A stretch of DNA of 59,792 nt, the filler included, from Gonapodya sp. JEL0774 (Eukaryota): NCBI GenBank assembly GCA_027604505.1. It is 7 parts of 7 records of this genome, joined end to end, with 100 filler letters (N's around TTAATTAATTAA, not from the genome) between each part and the next. Parts side by side here need not be neighbours in the genome. Positions count along the whole stretch, not along the records: positions 42,896 to 51,294 come from JADIIX010000455.1; positions 51,395 to 59,792 come from JADIIX010000456.1; 5 more parts are not named here. One strand, 5' to 3'. Positions 49,800-59,792 of the stretch are shown here, piece after piece. The first letter of the stretch is position 1, and each line of letters opens with the position of its first letter. Made by a program: the position numbers and the translations under genes. The notes beneath the pieces are model-generated. The model was not told where the DNA came from, made no database searches, and saw only the letters and a program-made list of their open reading frames with translations.

Positions 49800-51294
49800 A
49801 TGTCTTATGGAAACCCTTCTACTCTTCTTCATGGTGAGTCCAGGATCACCCGCGGAATCCGTAGTTAGTGGTCGCAGAGCCGATTCCATCACTTACTAAC
49901 CTTCCGCATTGCATAGTTCTCGTTGTCGGCATTCACCCAAAGCGTGGTTCTGTAGTGGAGCTTGCGTTTCCTTCGTTACCCCCTGTCGGAGCTCTCGACG
50001 ATGTTCCACCACAGTATAATGGGGGATACGGCCGGACACCCTCTCCCAACCTTTTTGACTCGCACTCGAAGATCGATGGATTGACACTTCCTCCTTCGTG
50101 GCAAGATTTGCCTCACTTTGCGATTCCGGACGGGCTCAGGGCTCGCGACGATCAGCTGGTTGCCTTCAATCTTCCACCAGTGCTAGAGCGAGACTGTGTA
50201 GGCCCCAACGAGGATGAGACCGATCACTTCTCGACTGCTCGCAGCGCGGAATCAGACCGCTGGCGAGTGAATCCTGTGCAAAGATGGTACGACCTCGGTT
50301 ATCACCTGCAGACAACCTTTGCCATCTCATCCGTGTTTTACACGGAGAGCCCAGTACGTCCTGCATGATAACATCCGTCGCCTGTGCACTTGTCAACTCC
50401 TGTATAACTCTCGACCACAACCAGGATGACCGGAGTCCCTCCGACCAACCAAATCTGCGCTCCTTCAATATCAAGGCGGTCGTAATCATCATGCGCTTAC
50501 CAGGGTTCGGAGCTGTGTCTGCACGCCTACGTGTTGCGGCGAGAGCGCTTGCTGTCAGCTCACCAGAAGAGAGAGGTCCCATTCTCCGAGATCTGTATCG
50601 CGGAGCTTCAAACACTTTTGAGTCGGTTCTCGCGAAAAGAGGCGCATATGCACTAGACGATGATGACCTTACAGGTGCGTTGACTGGCAGGATTGAGAGG
50701 ATGCGCAGTCGGCCATTACAGGGAACCAAACTGCTCTCCAAACTCCTCTCGTCTGGGTCATCCGATTGCCAGGTGTCCACCTGGTGGACCTCGTGCGCCG
50801 CTACAAGCACCATACTCTCACTCTTTTGAAATTACTGCTACTGCAACGAAAGGTGGCATTCGTCTCACGATACGGTAATACCGAGCAAATCTGCGAGGAC
50901 CTTTACGCACTCGTTTCCGCCGCGCCTGGTGAGTAGTGGTAGCTACTGAGCCTCCGACTCTATTCCTAGTAACGAAGAGTCGTTTCGTCGCTGTGCAGGC
51001 CTCCTCAAATGTCTCACCGATCCCATAGTTGAAGACAACGAGCAAAATCGTTACGACCCTCAACAGAATCCAGGACGATCGTTGGCGCAGCCTCTGGACA
51101 ACTATCAGCCTCCTCGGGATGTGCGGGGACCAAATCCGCGAAGAGACGTGCAGAACCCTGTTCAACGAACTGCTGTGGGTCTCGTTCTCTTCTCCACAAG
51201 GCAACGAAACTGGCTTAAATGCTTGATTTCATCAGCTACCACTGTTTACCAACGGACATGTCTTTCAACCGTTTGCTCCAATTCAACTCCTTCC
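49800..51294 (+). CDS. Divergent AVL9/DENN-like protein (3' end truncated)
   Basis: HVLVVGIHPKRGSVVE...LPPSWQDLPHFAIPDG...TTFAIS...KAVVIIMRLPGFG follows the AVL9 N-terminal motif order. Confidence 0.7.
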
Positions 51295-51394
51295 NNNNNN
51301 NNNNNNNNNNNNNNNNNNNNNNNNNNNNNNNNNNNNNNTTAATTAATTAANNNNNNNNNNNNNNNNNNNNNNNNNNNNNNNNNNNNNNNNNNNN
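51295..51394. other. Artificial contig linker
   Basis: Same 100-bp spacer. Confidence 0.99.
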
Positions 51395-51937
51395 CGTGAC
51401 CATCATTTCGCTCTCGATACTGTCGCCTGACGTCTTCGTTCCAAAGGAACGCGCAAGTGTAGATCTGCATCGGGAGAGGGGAAGCTTGAAGGAGGTTTCA
51501 TGAGCCGATGCTGATAACAATCTCTCACAGAAAGGAGAAGCATCCCTTCACAGTTCATCAGTACAAAGTTTCTTGGGTCCAATGTGGGAAGATGTTCAAG
51601 CTGCGAAACTGTACGAGCATCGACACAATGGCATGGTCAAACTCACATAGACATGCCATCTACGTTCTTCCTCTTCCAATTGATCCAAGCTTGCGGGTAG
51701 AAGGAGGAGCTCCAGCTCAGAAAGTAGCCCTGCGAGTTGCAATCACGTCCGCCCTCTGGTTTCGTAGAGTTCGAGCCAAGACGGGACGCCACAGCGCACA
51801 CACCCATCCGAGAATCGTCGACAGCGTTTCGAGCGTTTGCTTCGTCGGCGGAGAGAGCTCCATCAAATAAATTGTTGGAACGCAACCCAAGTAATGGGGC
51901 GCAGTAATACCAGTTCAGACCTTCTCCTCTATATAAT

Positions 51938-54756
51938 ATGACAACGATCCCAAAAGCTCCAGAAAGGCCAAAAGAAAAACGGAGACGAAGAGGTGTTGTA
52001 AAGAAGGAGAGGTAAGTTGGTCATGGTCAAGTCTTCTCAATATATCGATGGTCCTTAGTTCATCTGCACCGACTCTCGAGACCGACCGACCGACTGGCCA
52101 AGCTGGAAGCTTTACTAGGGGTGACAGTACACACAACTCCAACCCAGGACTCTCAATCGCTGGAAATCGTGAAGGGAAAACCGTCTTCGCTGCGCGATGT
52201 CTTTCAAGTACCGTTGCAATCCCCAGTTGAAACTTGTCAAACGGTCCCCGTGCGATCAGAGGAGCCTGATTTTGGACAGTTCTGTGCTTCGGAAGTCCCT
52301 GAATGTAGCACTGTGATGTCTTTGATGTCAGAGGCAACACAGTCTGGATACTTCCCCACTGTTTTGGCAAAAGGTTTTCACAGGGCAGTTACTCCTCACT
52401 GGGATCAGCAGGCTTATGAGTCCAGTTTTAGTTGGATTGAGGCACCTCCGCCTCTCCGAATAAATCGCGATCTGACACCGTTCGACGATCTCCCTCCGCT
52501 CCCGGAAGTTACAGACTGCAACCTCCTAATCGCGATCTACTTTGCTCGCGTCTCTAATGCTTTTCCCATTGTACATCGCTTGAGATTCTTATCCGTGAGG
52601 CGGTTCAGCAATTCCCCCTTGCTCCTGAGGTGCGTTGTACGGTTCAAAGACGGCTTCCCCCTTCTTGAGGAGACTTATCGAACAGATTGCGAACACCGCT
52701 TGGCTCAGTATGCTTGCTCTCGCATGTTCCTTCCACGAATCTCCTTCATTTAATATACAGCAAAGACATGCTCTGATCGCCCGCACCACTCGGTTACTCC
52801 CTCAAGTTGTTGCCGAACCTCCGTCTCTTGACAAACTCCAGACCTTGTTCCATATGGCGATTCTCTTAGTGACAGGAGTCCGCATCCAGCCGTTGGTTGG
52901 TACAGCACTTGAGCCCGTCGCTGCTATTCTATCGGAGTGCATCTCTGTAATTCGTGTGATGCGAATACAAAACGGCACCACGAACACGGAGTACATTGGG
53001 GCCTCTTCTGTTGAAAGCATCTCCAAGGTAACCAATAGTGAACTCTGGATTGTCAACGAGGAGAAAAGACGCACAAAGTGGGCAGTATGCTTTCTCGATC
53101 GACTTTTGGCGTCCTGGCGAAACATCTCTTCCTCAATCTTCTGCGAGGAACTTGCACTAGAACTGCTGTAAGCTGAAGAACTTCCTGGATGACAAGCCTC
53201 CTTCCTCCATTCTTTGCTGATCTGAATGACTCCAGCCCGTCGCACGAGTCGCTCTGGTCCACAGATGTTGATCCCTCGAGAACAACCAGCAAACCAGACA
53301 CCCGCATTAAAATTTCCGTCGAGTCATACGATTTGCTGACAATGCCATCTTTGAGCCTATTCAATGATCCATTTCGATGGCCAATCGAGCAAACAAGCAT
53401 GTACTCTCTTGGGTCGCTCTCCCTCACCACCGTTCTAAACGTATTTTGTCTTGAACGCATATCAGAGTTCGTAAGTATCACAGTGACCGTAACTTCACAG
53501 TAATAAGCGAACATCGATGACACCTTTCCCTCCGGTTTACAGCGCCTTCATTGTTCTCGATGGGGAATATACACCCCGACATTACCGGTCACCACACTGA
53601 GAACATTTGCAAGTGAAAGGCCAATCTCTTCTCTCGCCCTACTCCGCGCTGTCGAGCTAAACAATGAGCTTACGTCTGCCATGACTGTATGGTTCGCACG
53701 ATTTCATGTGGCACTGGGACTTCCAGCGCCGTCAATATCAACATCCTTCGACTCTCACAACATACCAGTAACTCCCTGTCACGCAACAATCAGAGGAGCT
53801 CCATGGGCCTTAGCGTTATACATTCAATATCACAGTCTGTGGGGCTTTTGGAATGCGCCGTTACCCAGCTTTCGCACCACCACCAAGTCAAGCGAAAATC
53901 CTGGAACCCTCATGCAAAACGCCGTAGCAACCATCAAGCCGGCTTCTTTGGATATTGTTGATCCATTTCTCAAAGCATGGGTTGAAAGTCCCGCCTTTGT
54001 GACCTGCCTGGATCACGTGAAGGTAGCAGTTGCTGCACTGAACGACTTTTTGATTCTGTATGGCGAAGACACATTCCGGGAATTCTCATCTATTGGGTTG
54101 GGATTCAGTTGTGAGTCATCTAGCAACCGCCAGTGTCACTAACATAGTTCTAAATAGCTTCTGTCAGAACAGTGGGTATGGCCGTTCTTCCCCTCTTATT
54201 TGGTGCCAAGGTTGCCGTTCGCAGGGTTCGAGCCGTCCAGCACTCCATAATGGCCGCCCCTCAAGAAACGGTTATCGATCAACTGCTCGCAGAGACGCGA
54301 GACCAATGTACGGTTGTGATGAAAGCTTTTAGGATAATGGGGACACCACATAGTCGGGGAACCGGTGTGTGTCGTGGCGTTCACTTCCCTATAGAGTGAT
54401 AAAGTGTCCAAGTCTCACAATCCACGATTCTGGTCCCTCGAACAGCTGCCACTCGACTTGTAGAGCAGCTTCTCCAAAACATCGAGAGCCCTTCTGTAGG
54501 TAAAGAGGATCGCACTGTGGACGTGGTTGCAGGAATGAATCTCTCAGGAGTTCTTGGAGAGCTCATACCCACCGGAGGTGTGCCTGTGCTGTCCGCCTTG
54601 AACCTGGGAAACTCTCCACTCTCTGCTGGCGGATTGACATCAATCAATGTCGTTGCAGGAAATGTAGAACCTCATCAGTGGGAAACTCAAATGGTACCTG
54701 CAGATGAACTGATGATAAGGAGCCTGGAAGTGATACAGGGGGAGTTACGCAACTAA
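51938..54756 (+). CDS. Fungal_trans (middle homology region) transcription factor paralogue 1; no Cys6 cluster seen; possible frameshift
   Basis: RLAKLEALL coiled coil, LLIAIYF...FPIVHR, LQTL, EEKRRTKWAVCFLDRLLA; start uncertain. Confidence 0.75.
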
Positions 54757-55040
54757 AGTGTATCATAGAGCTTGCCTCTGCAACTGCATTCGTATATATT
54801 TTGCAACTGAAGTTTTGCCAGGTCCTTGCAACTGACATATGGAGAGAGCCGGTTCATTGCTGCTCGGAGAAATCCAACTTTCGGCTTGAATCATGCATTG
54901 ACGACGATGAAAAATGCCTGAAAGCCTTTGCTCGATGACTCGAAGGCTCGATCTTCGAAAGCTAGGAGAGGTGACTTTTCCCGTGACGTTGCCTCAGCAG
55001 GAACTCAGCCGTGTACGATGTCAACTCATGCAGGCCCGGG

Positions 55041-57730
55041 GAACGAATAGCACGACTTGAAGCTCTGCTTGGACTTCCTTTCCCAGTCTAAAAAAAATCA
55101 TCGCTGGTCCGGAAACTCATCACAAAGTGTCTAATCGCGGCGTCAGTCGAACCACAAAAGCAGCATTGTCGAAGGGGGACCGAAATCGTTTATCTCAAGG
55201 AAATGGCAATTCGTCGGATCCTGTCCAAGAAAAGACTCCGCCCGTTGTCGAGTCTAGTATTATTCGATCGCCAGTATTTCGAATTCCTCAAACAAATCTA
55301 GCGCTTCGGTTTGACTCCACCACGAACTGCTCTGCATACGAGCAAGCCGCTCAAGTCGGCTGTACAAGCGATGTTCACACAAGATATATCGGATGGATTA
55401 CACCTCGTTGACGACTTTCCGTCCCTGGCGCCCTTCGATGTCACCTAGCCCACATCGGACGTTTCAATTTTCGACGACTTACCCCCCTTGCCCGACGTGG
55501 ATCAATTCAATGAACTCTTGGCAATTTATTTTCGAACATTCTCGCGAAATTTTCCCTGCGTTCATCAGTGACGGTTCTATGCAACAGGGCACGCGAGGAA
55601 TCCAGGCGCTTATGTTTAAGGGAGTGCCCAGCACTATGTGTTAACGAGACGGACGACGCCAATTCAAGCCGTTCATTGGCTTCGTCTGCATGCAGTATGC
55701 TCACAGTTGCATGCGGTTTCCATCCTTCACGCGCTGTTCAGAAGGGTGTCCGTCGTACACTGTTTTCGTACACGGGGCACCTGATTCCGATTATCCTATC
55801 ACAGCCGGCATCTATCCCCTCTATTCAAACTCTGATTCACTTTTCAGCTCAGTGTATTCACGATGAGCGTTTCTAATGGTTCGCGGCAGTTGTCGCCGCA
55901 AGCGTTGGAGGATTTCGGGCTCGGAGCTCTATGAGTGGGGTTACAGGAATCTGCAACACCAATAATGCACAACCAAGTTGGACCTGGATTGTCATGGAAG
56001 AGCCCGCCGTACGGCGCGGGTTGTTGGATTATTCGATCGCATGCTTGCTGCATGGCACAATTGTCCTTCTCGAATCGTTTTACGAAGAAATTGCAGGACT
56101 GCATCTGTGAGCTCTCCTGTACTTCTGCAACTTTCGAATTCACTGAGAACAAGCTTCTTTATTTCCGTAAGACCCGCGCACGACTCTTTGTGGTTTGGTG
56201 AATCGCCAGAAACAGATACTGGTTTGGATACTCTTGACTACCCAGCTCATTTTCTCTCGGTATCGGGATCGCCCATACCTGGTCCAACTTTAGAAAACTT
56301 ATATGACGAGGAAACGTGGCCTATTTCTCAGACGCGTGCCCTTCGAGTTGGAAGACAAGCTTTGGCTTCGGCGCTTGAAGTGTTTTGCATGGGGAAAATT
56401 CTCGAATTTGTGTGTGTGATCGAGTTAATCTGTCCGAAAACACACTTTTATCAATGTTGGTGCTGTCTCCTTTTCTCGTAAAGCGACAACACCGCTCTCG
56501 TCGAGGTATTTTCTCCACCCCTTCACCCGCTTCGTTTACCAGCCGACCACTTCCACTCTCTCTGCGAAAGGGATTTACACTTAACAGTGAAGCTTTAGAT
56601 GCCATGGCGATATGGTATTACCGCTTTCATGCTTTGCTGAACGTACCACAACCGGGAACACCTGGGACTGACGCTAATGGAAGCCAACCTCAACTTTCAC
56701 ACCCAGACGTCGCGGCCCTCCCATGGCCGCTTAGACTTTTTATCCAATATCACTTCTTGAGTGCGTACTGGAACGCTCCGCTGGCTCCACTCAACGTGAA
56801 TATTGGCCGCCAAAGTAGTGGGCAATTCGGCGTAACTGGGAGCACCGCGGAGCTCGGAAATCCTGAAGGGCGGCCACAAAACCTTTCATTGCCGCGTGGA
56901 TGGGGAGTCCCGCATTTGTTACATCCCTGGACCTTAGTAGAGATGGGTTAACGGCACTTCATTTGTTCATGGAGATTCAGGGGGATGGGTTGCTGGTTCA
57001 CTATGCATCCGGTGCCTGGGGTTCGGTCGTAAGTTTGATTGTCTGTTTTGTTCTGAAACGGTGTCAGCCCGCCATTTGTTTCCCACCGAAATCTCGATTA
57101 GTTGGAATGAGCACGATCACCATTCTAATCGCCATTCAAGAGGTTCTGAGAAGTACAAGCTCGGCAAAAGCATCAAATCTCAACAGTCTCGATGACTCTT
57201 CTGATGAGGAAAACTCTTCCTTAGGGCATCTCAGAGTAGCAATGGAGTTCCTCATGCAGACGAGGCTTCAGGTTGCAACTGCCATCCGAGCACTGCGTGC
57301 CCTCGGGCGCACATGGAACCGTAGAGTTGGTAAGAATGGTCAAACCGAGAACTTTCTTTTGCACCTAGTTCTCATTCAATCATTTACTACCGTCAAAACC
57401 GCTGCCCATCTCATCGAACGCCTGCACACGGCAATAATTCAGGATCCTATAAATTCAGACCGATTGCTCACGTCGGTGGCTGAGCGACAGTCGGAAATCT
57501 TTCTGCACCTCGCTGCTGCAGCCAGTCGACGCCACGAACTCCCACCATCTCTCGCTCCCTCTGACAAACCCAACACCAACAGTGAAGCGGCAGCAATCGG
57601 CGGCCCGGAGTTGTTTGAAGCGGATGGAATGCTGGGGGCGGGCCTTGAAAAGTTGGGTGGATCAGAGGAGATGGTGGACATAGCTCTCGCCAGGGTAGTG
57701 GAGATGACTAGTGGATTGTCCATATCTTGA
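55041..57730 (+). pseudogene. Fungal_trans paralogue 2, disabled
   Basis: ERIARLEALLG at 55041; collinear with paralogue 1 but carries stops (TAG 55446, TGA 55569, TAA 55874) and frameshifts near 56003 and 56870. Confidence 0.8.
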
Positions 57731-57960
57731 ATTCTACTTACGGGTTCCTGAGTCTTCACTGCATCATACAAGCACACCACAATATAACCAATCAACCATT
57801 CGGCACGTCATCTCTGATAGGTTTTCGTTTATATGATTCCCGTCTTAATCATGAACAAAAGTGAACACTGATCGGGAGAACTGTTGCGCCAAACCTCATG
57901 GCTACTGTCCAATATATTCAACTCTATATTCTGCACATTATTGTACGTAGAAATCTTCGG

Positions 57961-59016
57961 TTACTCTCTCAAGTAGTTTCCGTTCGCCGCAAGGTCTTCC
58001 TTCTTTGCTCCCTTTGCCAGCATGTCTTCCTCTCCATGCATCTCCAAGGCCCGCTCCGCCTGAAGGACTGCTTTGCAACAATCGGGGATCACACGGTCGA
58101 TCTTCGACTCTGGCAGGCCAATAGCCCGTACAACTTCAGAAGGTGGGACTGTGCGGCGGTCGAGGCGCTTGACAACCATTCGGGCGTGGCTAATGGAAAG
58201 TTAATTCGAAGTCAAACCGTCATTCACGTACCGGAGGACGCAGACCGGACACATACCCAATAGCATAGACAATAGTCCCCTCTCGATTCTCAAAGCGGTG
58301 TTCCATAACAAGCCACTTTCTGTCCCATGTGACAAATCTTTGGAATTTCGGATAGTTCAGTGAGATAAAACGACAATTGCGAATAACGAGACGAAGTAAC
58401 ATTTCTCACCTCGATCTCACCCAAAATCTCGATCCTATCGGTATTTCCCTCATATATGCGAATGCGACACCACCATTCGCCAAACCACACTTGTTCTCAG
58501 AAAGGTAACGACCCAGGCCTGACTGAATGACCATATCATATCGACTGAAATCTGTGGTAGTGTTGTAAATGGCGTTGTTCCTTTTTTGGAGATAGCGATT
58601 ACACGCTCGCGTACGGACTGGGAACTCGGCTGCGACGAACTCACACGTGCATGTTCCACTGAGGAGTGATGCAGAACCATCGTCGTCATCGCGAAAGCAC
58701 ATCATAACACATTTAGAACAGTTGAGCTTACATCGCAATCTCCAGGAGAGGCCCAAAACGCGAGAGAATATTCTTTCAGGAACTCCGCCGCGATAAGTTC
58801 CTTCCGCTCACTTTCAAGGAGCTTCCGGGCGCTGATGCTCCTCTCCAGAAGTCGTCTGAGAACAATCGCCTTGATAAGTGAGTAAATAGATCGGACATGC
58901 CAGAAAAATGGCAGGTTCTTATAGTTGAGCGCGAAGACGCAGAGAGCAACAAGCTTGGCGACACCGGAAAGAGTAAACGGGATGAGCGAATTCAGAGTAC
59001 TTGGTCTCGATGCCAT
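57961..59016 (-). CDS. THEM6/YBR096W-like hot-dog thioesterase family protein
   Basis: LNYKNLPFFWHVR, DCD...NNAIY...DFSRY, YMREIP, TWDRKW, TVPPSEV. Confidence 0.8.
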
Positions 59017-59219
59017 CAGGGTGCTTATATTATTTCGAGGGGATTTGGCAGGCGAGATTCTCTTGGAACACGAAACGACCATATATCCCGGTACATCCCC
59101 GATCGTCATATCACGTGACAGCCGTTCCTTTCCGGCCAACCTGTCGGCGAAATGCACATACTATTTGAGAAAGACATCTATCATCAAAAAACAAAACCAA
59201 TTGCCTTCCTCATCCCCGA

Positions 59220-59792
59220 TCACAACTTCCGTCTTTTAACTTCAGATTCTTCTGCACCAGATTTCCCACCGTTCCTACGACCAGCCCTCTTTTTGGTCAA
59301 AGATTCACTCGGTTCTGCGCCCTCTTCTTCTTGTTCGCGTCGGCGCTTGCTTCCTTTGGCACTCGATGAACTTGGTGTCCGTGCAACCGCCGATGGACCC
59401 TCTGTCTCCGTGTAAGTTAGGCGGCCCATACTAGCGGCCTCGGGTCCATCCACCGCCATCTGTTTGAACTTCCTTCGTTTCTCCTGACTCGATTTCGGTT
59501 CCCCGACATCTGCTACTGTTGGCGGTGTCCTGTTCGCCTTGTTTGTTTCTGAGACTGTCTGCTTTTTCAATACCTCCATAAAAGCCTGCTTGGCCAGCAT
59601 TTTCTTTTCTACTCGGCTCATCACACTCGGCCTTGCATGCGTGCCCTTCTGCATTTGGCGGCGTTGAGATGCGGCAGCCACCTTTCGCGCCTTCTTCTGG
59701 GCTTTCCTCAGCAACATTTTGGCCTGTTTCGCAGTCAGCGATGCCTGACCGTGTGAGGCTGGAGAACCGAGAACCTGGGTTGGACGTCAAAA
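59220..59792 (-). CDS. 3' end of a Lys/Arg-rich hypothetical protein
   Basis: Basic, low-complexity ORF ending EVKRRKL; runs toward the window edge. Confidence 0.5.

Overview
This window is not one locus. It is seven unrelated contigs of 8531, 8527, 8473, 8456, 8408, 8399 and 8398 bp, sorted by size and joined by artificial 100-bp linkers (44 N + TTAATTAATTAA + 44 N). The DNA is eukaryotic with short GT-AG introns. Gene content (fungal C2H2 and Zn2Cys6-type transcription factors alongside cAMP-receptor-like GPCRs and a TmcB-like protein) suggests an early-diverging, probably zoosporic fungus; this is an inference. Recognisable genes: AVT1-type amino acid transporter, Nrg1-like C2H2 factor, HAE/PCxxC deaminase, two F-box proteins, an intronless Zn-macrodomain-SirTM fusion, a KCTD-type BTB protein, a bacterial-looking SnoaL/NTF2 protein, an RWD-RBR E3 ligase, a TmcB-like membrane protein, three tandem GPCR paralogues, a Ups1/PRELI protein, an AVL9-like protein, two Fungal_trans paralogues and a THEM6-like thioesterase. 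There are also several pseudogenes or fragments (mitochondrial S7, NAD kinase). The most unusual observations are a spliced J-domain-RING-TRAF-type zinc finger gene in a CpG-depleted contig, the macrodomain-SirTM fusion, a Ups1 with a predicted tail anchor, and a candidate horizontally acquired SnoaL gene. All calls come from reading motifs and splice sites by eye; no database searches were run.
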